The notes: generated by a model from the sequence alone, not told the origin. Numbered from the stretch's first letter, positions 6,290 through 15,100 are shown. The stretch: 18,505 bases of DNA from Candidatus Hydrogenedentota bacterium (GCA_034408725.1 JAWXCN010000120.1:1-18505), one strand, 5' to 3'. Numbers and translations are program-made.

Positions 6290-7303
6290 CTATCTAATAC
6301 TATCGGTCCTTAATGAATCCAACCATCCTCGATCTACGTTCACCCAGCATATTCCGTCGACCGTTTTTTGAAAGGTAATACCAATTTTAGCGAGAAAGCT
6401 GCGGAGAATTGTTACGATTTCATCCAGAGCCGGCTCGGTTTCGCGAAGACCAGTATCAATCGTCCTTTCCAACTGCACCCTAATGCCATTCCAGTATTCG
6501 GAGAAAATTTGGCTAAAGAACGGGCTTTGCAGAGCTATCGTTTCAGTACGGGGAACTTCTTCATTTCCGTAACGACAGGCGCTGTCTCGACCAAGCGGCT
6601 CAAGAATATCTCGATACATAATATTTGTCAATTGATTCCAGGTATCGGATTTCGATATAGCGCCCAAACTCGCATTGGATATAGTTCTGTACAACCCGCC
6701 GAAGGCATTCTCCAGCCTTATATCCACTTTATCCCCATACATTATGCGGACAGTCGTCGCGTCATCTGCGTTGTCAACAAGAGGTACTGTCGCAAGAATT
6801 TCTGACTTTATTCTTCCAACAACGTATTCGTCGTGCATTTTAGAACTTAACACAAACAGGTCGGCCGTGCATAAGTCTGTTCCATCCCGAGATGGCTGGA
6901 TGTAGCCGCGCCGATCCCATATTTCAGAGTAGTGCCAAACGTGCAAAAACTCCTCCAGTACCGCAGATACAGCATCGCTCGTATGGTAGCGAGCGACGCT
7001 TAAGCCCTGCACTATACTCTCTGCGATTACTATGAAGCAGAATAGTTCGCCGTATAGCTCCAATGGAATCGTTATCGCCTGTGCGGCGTAGCTGCCAGGA
7101 GCGTAGGGATTGGCACGAGTAGTGGCGAGCTCTAATAGCGCGTTCACCGTTTCGGCGACCTGATGGTCCGGTACGACTATTATTTTCGTAAGTCTCTGCA
7201 GCTTAACCAATCCACAAAGCTCACCGAGCAGAGTCTTGAAAGCTTGTATTTTCATTGGGTCAATTCGACAACAAACTTCCACTGTGAGCTCACTATTCCC
7301 CAT
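6290..7303 (-). CDS. hypothetical protein with a zincin-like EExxH motif, 337 aa
   Basis: Long ORF. AVLEEFLHVWHY with a downstream DEY resembles an HExxH...E metallopeptidase site with an H-to-E change. Confidence 0.65.
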   Translation of the reverse strand: MGNSELTVEVCCRIDPMKIQAFKTLLGELCGLVKLQRLTKIIVVPDHQVAETVNALLELATTRANPYAPGSYAAQAITIPLELYGELFCFIVIAESIVQGLSVARYHTSDAVSAVLEEFLHVWHYSEIWDRRGYIQPSRDGTDLCTADLFVLSSKMHDEYVVGRIKSEILATVPLVDNADDATTVRIMYGDKVDIRLENAFGGLYRTISNASLGAISKSDTWNQLTNIMYRDILEPLGRDSACRYGNEEVPRTETIALQSPFFSQIFSEYWNGIRVQLERTIDTGLRETEPALDEIVTILRSFLAKIGITFQKTVDGICWVNVDRGWLDSLRTDSIR

Positions 7304-7356
7304 CCTTTGATTCCACCTTGTCGGTAAATTTTAGTTGATACAGGGTAGCGCACGCT

Positions 7357-7689
7357 TTAATTCACAGGCACCCATTCCCCCACAAACGGAAACGTAGTCT
7401 CGAACTCCACGCGACGATTCAGTCTTCGGTTGGCCTCGCTATCGTGTGGGAGGGCAGGGTCGGATTCGCCCCAGGGATTTGTCGTGAGCCGCTCGCCGTC
7501 GATCCCGTGTTCGACCATGTACCGCTTGACGGTATCTGCGCGGCGTTCCGCCAATGCCAGATTGGCTTGCGCCGGTCCCGCGTCGCACGTGTGGCCGTGA
7601 ATCACCACGGTAACGTCCGGCTGCTCTTTCAGCGCCGCGACCAACGCATCGATGGCCGCCGTGCCCTTCGGATGTACAGTTTCCCTCGG
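7357..7689 (-). pseudogene. 5'-truncated OmpA-like peptidoglycan-binding domain (duplicate of 8783-9098)
   Basis: HGHTC...NLALAERRADTV...GES.P...NRRVEF. It lacks the first strand and any signal peptide, and is in frame with 7690-8703 beyond a single TGA. Confidence 0.7.
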
Positions 7690-8703
7690 TCATTTCTGTG
7701 GCTGCGTTCCCTGCTCGACGGTTTCACTCGTGCCACCTTCTTTCACCGTGAAAGCCACGGGCCTTTGCAACCTATAGTCAACGATGTGAGTGCCTGTTGG
7801 ATAATTGCCGGCAAAATTCTCTTTTGCTTCCAGGATCAGAGGCTCATCCGAACTGCTCGCATAGCTTGTGTACACGATGCGGGTCGTGCCATCGCCCACA
7901 TACACTAGAGTCCTCATCTCTTCTCCAAGGCCTCGGTAACACCCTTTTAATGCGATCACGCCATCTGCCAGAATACCTGACGTTTCAAACTCACCAATAC
8001 CCTGTGCGACGGCTCTTCTGACCAGATGTGTCTCGTTATCAAGGGCTATGTTCCACTGGCATCGCACTACGGACTCGGCCGGAAAACGCCCGGCGGCGAG
8101 TATGCGGGTTTGCCCATCTTCCAAGGGGGTTTCTGATACCACACGGTCAATGTAGGCAGCAAAGCCTCTTCCAGTGGCCAATACGATTTGGTACAACTGG
8201 TAGTGTTGGAGTGGGTCCGAAGGCTTATAGCGTAACACTACGTCCTCTATTTCCCCCTCACCAACGATCCCGTCTTGCGGTGAAATTTCGTACGACTTTA
8301 ACGAATAACGCGTTCCAGCGGTATTACTGTCCCAAAATTGAATGGTTCGCGGGCGTCGCGAAATAATTGCGTGGCCTGCCGCCTCCGCGAATGCGGACAT
8401 ATTAGCGTTTCTTCTATCATAAACCGCTGGATACTTCGGCAAGTTGGTTCCCGGATCCATTTCGGCCTTGTACGCTAACGTGTCCGCTTTCCGGGTGACG
8501 ATAACGTTTTCCTTCACTATCTCGGAATCCGGGCTGGTCTTCGTCATTCGCCATACGACGACTGCCTCAAACGTACAATGTTCAAGTACGGCTTTGTCCT
8601 TTGCTCGCAAATCCTCCAATATATCGCTGTGCGCCCGTCCGCAAATTGCCAGATTAAAAGCAAAGAGTATTATCAGCCAGCAGTTTGCGCGTCGTATGAC
8701 CAT
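7690..8703 (-). CDS. secreted hypothetical protein, 337 aa
   Basis: GGGAGA RBS. Sec-type signal MVIRRANCWLIILFAFNLAICGRAHS, followed by a beta-rich mature region. Confidence 0.75.
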   Translation of the reverse strand: MVIRRANCWLIILFAFNLAICGRAHSDILEDLRAKDKAVLEHCTFEAVVVWRMTKTSPDSEIVKENVIVTRKADTLAYKAEMDPGTNLPKYPAVYDRRNANMSAFAEAAGHAIISRRPRTIQFWDSNTAGTRYSLKSYEISPQDGIVGEGEIEDVVLRYKPSDPLQHYQLYQIVLATGRGFAAYIDRVVSETPLEDGQTRILAAGRFPAESVVRCQWNIALDNETHLVRRAVAQGIGEFETSGILADGVIALKGCYRGLGEEMRTLVYVGDGTTRIVYTSYASSSDEPLILEAKENFAGNYPTGTHIVDYRLQRPVAFTVKEGGTSETVEQGTQPQK

Positions 8704-9326
8704 CAATCTCTCCCAATTTTTCCCGCACTCGCTACCATTCCCCAGCGCTGCCTCCAGCGGCCTTGGTGTGCCTCCCGTCTATTTAATGCACCGGCGCCCC
8801 ATTCCCCTACAAACGGAAACGTCGTCTCGAACTCCACGCGACGATTCAGTCTTCGGTTGGCCTCGCTGTCGTTTGGCAGGGCAGGGTCTGATTCGCCGCA
8901 GGAGTTTATTGTGAGCCGCTTGCCGTTGATCCGGTTTTCGACCATGTACCGCTTGACGGCATCCGCGCGGCGTTGCGCCAATTCCAGATTGGCTTGCGCC
9001 GGGCCCAGGTCGCATGTGTGGCTGTGAATTACCACGGTGACATCCCGCTGTTCTTTCAGCGCCGCGACCAACTCATTGATGACCGCCATTCCCTTCGGCG
9101 TTAGATCGGTTTTGTTGAATTCGAACACAACGATGTCGAATATCGGCTTGGAACAGGCAAGCGCCATGGGTTGCGCCGGTTCCGCCGCGTTCGACGCCGC
9201 CACTGCCGGCGAATCCACCCCCTGCGACGAACGTGCCGGTTCGAGCTGAGTTCGCGTTGCGCAACCCACCGCCGCCAATGCTACGCACGCGATCAAACAA
9301 ATCGGCACTCGTACACAGGTCGTCAC
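8703..9326 (-). CDS. OmpA-family lipoprotein, 207 aa (C-terminus extended by a frameshift)
   Basis: CAGGAG RBS before GTG at 9326. Lipobox LAAVG-C, an Ala/Pro linker, then an OmpA-like domain VFEFNKTDL...RRADAV...NRRVEF. Confidence 0.8.
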   Translation of the reverse strand: MTTCVRVPICLIACVALAAVGCATRTQLEPARSSQGVDSPAVAASNAAEPAQPMALACSKPIFDIVVFEFNKTDLTPKGMAVINELVAALKEQRDVTVVIHSHTCDLGPAQANLELAQRRADAVKRYMVENRINGKRLTINSCGESDPALPNDSEANRRLNRRVEFETTFPFVGEWGAGALNRREAHQGRWRQRWGMVASAGKIGRD

Positions 9327-9390
9327 GAAGGTCTCCTGGACACACACACTTATCATACGCGCCCGCACCCGCAAGTTGCTGCGTTGTCGC

Positions 9391-9520
9391 CCCAATTTCC
9401 GTTGCGGCCGGTCTCCCAACTCCCGTTGCGGCCGGTCTTCCAACTTCCGTTGTGGCCGGTCTTCCAACTTCCGTTGTGGCCGGTCTCACGACCGCGCCAC
9501 GCCGCCGACCGAAGGTCTCC
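9391..9520. repeat. 4 x 24-bp tandem repeat merging into a REP-like element
   Basis: Units at 9391, 9415, 9439 and 9463 (consensus YCCAACTTCCGTTGYGGCCGGTCT), then CACGACCGCGCCAC...CCGACCGAAGGTCTCC. Confidence 0.85.
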
Positions 9521-9696
9521 TTCCCCGCTCACCGCACTACTTTCTGGCGATTCTGTCACCGCTTGTCAACCAAATACCGGTTAAATCGCGAAGGGAAGTT
9601 ACACGCACGCTGAGGGACTGGTGCGCCTACTGCAACGCGTTGGGCCAGTTAATAACGGGATCGATGCTGGAAATGCATAGCGCATTGGACTGGATG

Positions 9697-9780
9697 CGAA
9701 GCCGGAGCTTCGAGCACTGCATTACCAAGCCGGAGCTTGGTAACGAGGTAAAACAGATTCCTCACTCCGTTCGGAATGAC
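9697..9780. repeat. REP-like palindromes
   Basis: CGAAGC-CGGA-GCTTCG (9697-9712), TTACCAAGC-CGGA-GCTTGGTAA (9722-9743) and AGATTCCTCACTCCGTTCGGAATGAC (9755-9780). Confidence 0.65.
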
Positions 9781-9900
9781 AGTGAGGTGCAAACCACGGA
9801 GAACACGTGAAAGTGAAGAAGTGAGGAAGGCAGGAAGTGAGAAACGATATGTCTGCGAAACCCGAGACCCTAGACCCGAGCCCCGTCAATCAGGGCGCAA

Positions 9901-10347
9901 TCACTCCACCACTTGCACGTAATCCCCCACCGCGAAGGCGCCACCCTGAATGACCTGTCCGTGTACGCCGCCGCGCATATCGGGTTTGAGCGCGGCCTGG
10001 AGTCCGTCGAAGAGTTGGTCCATGAGGCCGCACGGTTCGGTTTCGCCGTGGATGTGTACTTCGACGCCGCCCATGCGCACCACGAGCCCGATGAGGTTCG
10101 AGAGATCAATGCCTTCAACGAGCACATTCGCGCGGCGTGTGTGCCACGGCAGGTCCGCATCGAGTTCCTGCATGGCGTCGTCCCATTGTTCGCGGGAAAT
10201 GAAGGTGATTCCGCGTTGCGCCTTCACGGCGACATCGCCATCGATGCCCGCGCCAAATGCCGCGGTCGCGTGCGGAATCTCGCGCATCGGGCCAAGTTTT
10301 TCCGTGCGCACGGCAATCGCCGCAACACGGCCGGTGGTGGAACTCAT
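9901..10347 (-). CDS. MOSC domain-containing protein, 148 aa
   Basis: GIDGD...R.IT...RRANVLVEGIDL...TEPCGLM...RGGV...VIQGG.F.VGD with the conserved Cys. GGAGGG RBS. Confidence 0.88.
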   Translation of the reverse strand: MSSTTGRVAAIAVRTEKLGPMREIPHATAAFGAGIDGDVAVKAQRGITFISREQWDDAMQELDADLPWHTRRANVLVEGIDLSNLIGLVVRMGGVEVHIHGETEPCGLMDQLFDGLQAALKPDMRGGVHGQVIQGGAFAVGDYVQVVE

Positions 10348-10441
10348 GAGATGCCCTCCGGGAAGTTTTTATGAACTGCGGAAACCGGCTACGAACTTAC
10401 GCCTACGCACCAGTATGCGCACGTCCATGGAAATCCGGATT

Positions 10442-10473
10442 CAATCCAAAATCCAAAATCTAAAATCCAAAAT
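10442..10473. repeat. heptamer tandem repeat (AAAATCY)
   Basis: CAATCCAAAATCCAAAATCTAAAATCCAAAAT immediately after the kinase stop codon. Confidence 0.8.
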
Positions 10474-10476
10474 TCC

Positions 10477-12804
10477 CTACTGCACGGCGCGCAACGCGGT
10501 GATCAATTCGCGGACCGTTTGGAACCGGTCTTCAGGTTTCTTGTCGATGCATTTCATCACGATGTCATTCAATGCCGGCGGCACGCCTTCGACTTTCTGG
10601 CTCGGCGGCGGCGGGGTTTCTTTCAGTTGACGTTCAATCACGTCTTGCCCCATAAACACGGTTTCACCCGAAAGGCATTCGTACATGACCAGACCCATCG
10701 AATAGATGTCGCTGCGCGCGTCCGCCTCTTTGCCCAGCACCTGCTCGGGCGCCATGTAGCTCGGCGTGCCCATGACGACGCCCGTGCGCGTCATGCGCGA
10801 ATCCTCCGCCTTGGCGAGTCCAAAGTCGGTCAGCTTGATGAGTCCGCCTTTGGCAATGAGAATGTTATCGGGTTTGATGTCGCGGTGTACGATGCCAGCT
10901 TCGTGGATCGCCGCAAGCGCGTTGCACGCCTGGACAATGACGTTGATCGTTTCGCGCGCCTTGAGACCGCCTTTGCTCGTCAGGTATTTGTGCAGGCTCG
11001 GCCCATCGACGTATTCCATCGCGATGTACGCCTTGCCGACGCTCGCGCTGATGTCGTAGATCGCGATGATGTTCGGGTGCGATATTTTCGCAGCCGTTCG
11101 CGCCTCGCGCACAAACCGTTGGCGGAACTCTTCGGAGCTGTCGACAAGGTTGCCGAGAAACTTCAACGCCACGGGCCGGTCCAACTGCGAGTCGCGCGCG
11201 AGATACACCACGCCCATCCCGCCGCGGCCAAGCTCTTGCTCGAGCACGTAGCGGCCGCCAAGATTCGACTCGACCGATTCCATCACCTGCGTGGCGACCG
11301 TTGCCGCCGCGCCTTGTCCCATGCCGGGTTGCGGCGTGTACACCGTGGCTGCGCCAGCAGGCGCGGCGTGCGCCATGGAAATGCGGGATGAAATGTTGGA
11401 GAGACGCGTGGACACGTCCTTGAAGCCGACGTTGACGGTCCTTATTTTCAACAGGATGTCGCGCGATTCGTCGAGCTTGCCCAACTGTTCAAGCGCAAGC
11501 GCCCACATGTAGAAGTATTCCGTGTTGCCGGTATCGACGCGTTTGCCCAAGAGATGGTTCTCGAGCGCGGCGGCGCAATGCGCGTAGTCGTGCAGCTCGT
11601 AGAAACAACGGCCAAGCAGGGCGCGGGACTGCTCGAAGTTCGCGTGGTTCTCCGGAATCTTTTGCAGCGCTTTTATCGCCGGCTCGAATCGCGCCGCATG
11701 CGCGTACGCCAGCCCGGCGCGATAAAACTCGCCCGCGCGCTCGAAACATTCACCCGCGCGCACCGCGTCCGACGCGCGCGCAAACATCTCGCCCGCGCTC
11801 ATGAAATCGCCCGCCTGCGCGAATGCTGTCGCCGCTTCGCGCCAGTTGCCTTTGGCCTGATGGAATCGCCCCGCGATCTGCGCGGCTTCCTTTTCTTTTC
11901 CCGCCTGCCGTTTGCACGCCGCGGCTTCTTCAAGCTTGCCTGCCAGCAGACAAACTTCCCCCGCGCGATCGAAATTACCAAGTTCCTTGTACAACGCGGC
12001 AGCGTGATCGTAGCGCTTCGCGCTTTCAAATTGGCCCGCGAGATATGGCAACAACGCTTTGCGTTGCTCCGCGCTTATCTTGGATTTGCCGGGTTCAGTA
12101 TCCAGCATCCGCGCGCACTCATCGGCGGAAACGAGCTGTGCCTCCGCCGTGTCCTTCGGGCTCTCGAAATAACTCTTGTATGCCTCCGTCGCCGGGCCGT
12201 AGCTGCCCGCCTGCGCGTAACAACTCGCCGCCTTCGCGAGGAAGCCGGACCGTTCGTAGGCTTTCGCCGCGTCAACGAACTTGCCCTTGTCCGCGAAGAA
12301 GCTGGCCGCGTTGCCGTAGTCTCCTTCTTTCATCAGGATTTTTGCGGCTTTGAGCGTATTGCCCATCTTCGCCATTTCCATCGCGCTGCGTTTGCGGTCG
12401 CCGGCTTTGCCGAACCATTTGGCGGCTTCCTTGTGCCGGTTTATCGAAGCGTACACCTCGCCCATGCGCTGGTAGTTGCGGGCTTTCTTCAACGGCGCAA
12501 TGGTCGCGTCAATGTCGCGCGCAGCCATCAAAGTTTGCTGGAAATCGGTGGGGCCGCCCTGGTTCTGCAATGCGCGCACGTCCGCGGAATCAGCAAGGGT
12601 GTCGCGGCGAAACACGTTGCGCAGCATCTTGCGCGCAGTTTTAGCGATGTAGAACAGGAAATAAATCAGAAAGAGGGTGATGACAATCTTGATGAGCGGA
12701 AAAACAATGGCAGGCGCGGGAACGGCGGTGATGTTGTCTCCGAGAATGCGAATTAAAATCATTTCGCCAAGGAAAACATTCCAATACCAGTAGACGATGC
12801 CCAT
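10477..12804 (-). CDS. membrane-anchored Hanks-type Ser/Thr protein kinase with TPR-like repeats and a C-terminal kinase domain
   Basis: GRGGMGVVY, VALK, HRDIKPDN, DFG and GTPSYMAPE motifs. N-terminal TM segment (IVFPLIKIVITLFLIYFLFYIA) and Ala-rich helical repeats. The start is uncertain (12804 or 12876). Confidence 0.92.
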   Translation of the reverse strand: MGIVYWYWNVFLGEMILIRILGDNITAVPAPAIVFPLIKIVITLFLIYFLFYIAKTARKMLRNVFRRDTLADSADVRALQNQGGPTDFQQTLMAARDIDATIAPLKKARNYQRMGEVYASINRHKEAAKWFGKAGDRKRSAMEMAKMGNTLKAAKILMKEGDYGNAASFFADKGKFVDAAKAYERSGFLAKAASCYAQAGSYGPATEAYKSYFESPKDTAEAQLVSADECARMLDTEPGKSKISAEQRKALLPYLAGQFESAKRYDHAAALYKELGNFDRAGEVCLLAGKLEEAAACKRQAGKEKEAAQIAGRFHQAKGNWREAATAFAQAGDFMSAGEMFARASDAVRAGECFERAGEFYRAGLAYAHAARFEPAIKALQKIPENHANFEQSRALLGRCFYELHDYAHCAAALENHLLGKRVDTGNTEYFYMWALALEQLGKLDESRDILLKIRTVNVGFKDVSTRLSNISSRISMAHAAPAGAATVYTPQPGMGQGAAATVATQVMESVESNLGGRYVLEQELGRGGMGVVYLARDSQLDRPVALKFLGNLVDSSEEFRQRFVREARTAAKISHPNIIAIYDISASVGKAYIAMEYVDGPSLHKYLTSKGGLKARETINVIVQACNALAAIHEAGIVHRDIKPDNILIAKGGLIKLTDFGLAKAEDSRMTRTGVVMGTPSYMAPEQVLGKEADARSDIYSMGLVMYECLSGETVFMGQDVIERQLKETPPPPSQKVEGVPPALNDIVMKCIDKKPEDRFQTVRELITALRAVQ

Positions 12805-12883
12805 CAATTCATCCCCATCGCGCACCCCGCCAAGGTTCGTGGGGGCAATGATACTACGCGAAGGGATCGATCTCACAATCCCC

Positions 12884-13100
12884 GGGGACTGTCACCCGTA
12901 GCGCAGGGGGCTGTCACCCGCGCCAAGAAGACGACTGCTATTCAAATGACGTCTCGCGCGGGTGGCTGTCCCCGAACCTTCAAACCTTCAGATATCGTAA
13001 TCGAATTTTCTACTTGTCTGCGATGGATCGGGGACAGCCACCCCGCGCAGGAAAGTCTTTAAGAATAGGAAAGGGGTTGTGTGCGCGGGTGACAGTCCCC
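12884..13100. repeat. cluster of five REP-like units GGGGACWGYCACCCGCGC in mixed orientation
   Basis: Forward copies at 12884, 12906 and 13030. Reverse copies at 12956-12973 and 13082-13100. Confidence 0.85.
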
Positions 13101-13126
13101 TATGTTTCGTGCGTGCGTCTTCATTG

Positions 13127-13286
13127 GTGCTCGTGCTCGTCACCCGTCCTCGTGATTACTTGGGCCTGTATCAATAGGACTTACAGGCAACGAGTGTACG
13201 ATGACGCGCGCGAAAGGGATTCGCGTTGTCCATTGTCAACTGTCCATTTTCAATTGTTCGATTACGATTACGAGCACGAGCACGAC
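13127..13286. repeat. inverted hexamer tracts (GTGCTC / GAGCAC, GATTAC) around a heptamer tract
   Basis: GTGCTCGTGCTCGT near 13127-13140, TTGTCCATTGTCAACTGTCCATTTTCAATTGT at 13226-13257 and GATTACGATTACGAGCACGAGCACGAC at 13260-13286. Confidence 0.7.
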
Positions 13287-13315
13287 TGAAGGCTCGCGCC
13301 AGAGGGTAGGAGTGC

Positions 13316-15010
13316 TTATTGCGCGATACCCAACAACGTCTCGAGCATTCTGTCCGCAACTGTCATCAGCCTCGCGGAGGCTTCGTACGCGCGTTGGAAG
13401 AGCATGAGGCTGGTGACTTCTTCGTCGAGATTCACGCCGGAGACTTCCTGGCGGCGTTCGTCGAGGTTTTGCACGAACTGTTGCTCGACTTGAACGATAT
13501 CGTTAATCGCGCGCGCGTCGACGCCAAGACCCGCGACGGTCGATTGGTAGTAATCACTGATCGTCGCCGCGCCGCTGTCCAGCACGAGCGCGGAGCGCAG
13601 CGCGGCCATTTGCAATGCCGCGCCGTTGTCGCCGGTGTTGAGGATGTCGTCGCTGAAGGACGACGTGATCCAGCCGGGGTTGTCTTGCAGGTCTTCGTTG
13701 ACCGCGATGGACCGCGCGTCGCGGCCAGTGAAGAAACCGTTTACACCGAGTGCAGTCAATGCGCCACTTGAATCATTTGCAAACGAGAAGGTGAAACCGG
13801 CGTTCGCGCCAAAGTTGATGGTGTCGCCGGAGACGGATGCGGAGAAGTTGCCCACGCCGTTGAGTGCGGTGGCGAGATCATTGAGTGTGGTCGCCGCGGT
13901 GATATTGATAGTAGTGGTCGTCGGCACGCCGGCGCTGTCATACACCACAAGGTCGAACGTGCCGGGCGTGATCGGAAATGGAAGGCCCGCGGAAACCAGT
14001 GCCGTGCCCGCGCCGTTCACAGCGTTCGAGCTCGAGAGCGTGCCGGACAGGTTTATCGTGCCGTTGCCCTGGTTGTGGATCGCGTTCAACTGCTGGATTA
14101 ATGCGGCGGCGATGGTGTCGATTTCCGCGTCAAGTTCAGGAATGACGGTGTCGCGAATTTGCAACGCACCGTAGACTTCGCCGCCGGTCACGTCTACCAG
14201 CGAGTTATCGTCCGCGAACCGCAACTCGACTAGGTCATTGCGTTCGGTATCGAGCGCGGGGTTGCGGAACGCAATGATATCGCGCGCGCCGGATGCGTCA
14301 ACCAAAGTGGCGGAACCGATCTGGATGATCGTCTGCCCCGCGCCGTCCGTGCGGACGTTGATCTCGACTAGCCGCGACAATTCGTCCACCAGCACACCGC
14401 GCTGATCGCGCAACTGGCTGGCGTTCGATCCGCCTCCTTCGGACAACCGGATCTCGCGGTTCAGCACCGCGATGCGGTCGGCAATGGAATTGATCTCCGG
14501 CACGAGGTTGCGCACTTCCTCGTTCGCGTTCGTGCGCAACTGATCGAACCGTTGAATGAGGCCATTCAGGCTGCCGGCCATGGCCTGGCCCTCGGACAGC
14601 AACGCCTCGCGGACCGGAAGCGATTCGACGTTGTTCGAGAAATCGTTCAGCGCGTCGAAGAACCGGTCCAGCCGCGTCCCAAACCCGTTTTCGCTGGGTT
14701 CGAGGAACACGTCTTCGATCAGATTGTAATACTGCGCCTGCACCTCGGAACTGCCCAAACCCTGCACCTGCCGGCTGAACGCTTCGTCCAAAAACTCGTC
14801 GCGGATGCGTTCGATGCCCGCAATTCCCACGCCGCGGCCCAACGGGCCAAAAGGCGTCAGCGAGGGGAACCGTTCCTCCAGCAATGCCCGTTGCCGCGAA
14901 TACCCGGGGGTGTTCACGTTGGCAATGTTGTTGCCGGTGACGTTGAGTTGGTATTGCGCCGCGGACAACCCCGACCGCGCAATGTCCAACGCGCTAAACA
15001 AACTTCCCAC
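13316..15010 (-). CDS. flgK: flagellar hook-associated protein 1, 564 aa
   Basis: LDIARSGL.AAQYQLNVTGNNIANVNTPGYSRQ at the N-terminus and SGVNLDEEVTSLMLFQRAYEASAR at the C-terminus. GGAGG RBS before GTG at 15010. Confidence 0.95.
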   Translation of the reverse strand: MGSLFSALDIARSGLSAAQYQLNVTGNNIANVNTPGYSRQRALLEERFPSLTPFGPLGRGVGIAGIERIRDEFLDEAFSRQVQGLGSSEVQAQYYNLIEDVFLEPSENGFGTRLDRFFDALNDFSNNVESLPVREALLSEGQAMAGSLNGLIQRFDQLRTNANEEVRNLVPEINSIADRIAVLNREIRLSEGGGSNASQLRDQRGVLVDELSRLVEINVRTDGAGQTIIQIGSATLVDASGARDIIAFRNPALDTERNDLVELRFADDNSLVDVTGGEVYGALQIRDTVIPELDAEIDTIAAALIQQLNAIHNQGNGTINLSGTLSSSNAVNGAGTALVSAGLPFPITPGTFDLVVYDSAGVPTTTTINITAATTLNDLATALNGVGNFSASVSGDTINFGANAGFTFSFANDSSGALTALGVNGFFTGRDARSIAVNEDLQDNPGWITSSFSDDILNTGDNGAALQMAALRSALVLDSGAATISDYYQSTVAGLGVDARAINDIVQVEQQFVQNLDERRQEVSGVNLDEEVTSLMLFQRAYEASARLMTVADRMLETLLGIAQ

Positions 15011-15100
15011 TCGATTCCTCCAAGTTCCGGCCAGTGCGCCGCGGGTCCGGATGCGCGGGGGGCTAACCACCCGCGCAGACCGCGTCGTGGCCAACAGGGA

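Noticed and set aside
3660-7350. Integron cassette array
   Set aside because: No attC-like RYYYAAC...GTTRRRY palindromes were found between the genes, orientations are mixed, and there is no integrase.
7660-7692. Selenocysteine or alternative genetic code at the TGA
   Set aside because: No convincing SECIS-like hairpin follows it, and TGA is a normal stop in other genes here (transposase, MOSC).
7357-9098. Diversity-generating retroelement TR/VR pair
   Set aside because: Mismatches between the copies involve all four bases rather than adenines only, and no reverse transcriptase is present.
9327-9467. Repetitive N-terminal extension of the OmpA lipoprotein
   Set aside because: It is a translation of the tandem repeat. 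The RBS and signal peptide place the start at 9326.
9391-9486. CRISPR array
   Set aside because: The units are contiguous 24-mers with no unique spacers, and no cas genes are in the window.
10519-12756. Long plus-strand ORFs (290 aa, 400 aa and others)
   Set aside because: These are antisense shadows of the GC-rich kinase gene. The same applies to ORFs opposite flgK, MOSC and the WD40 gene.
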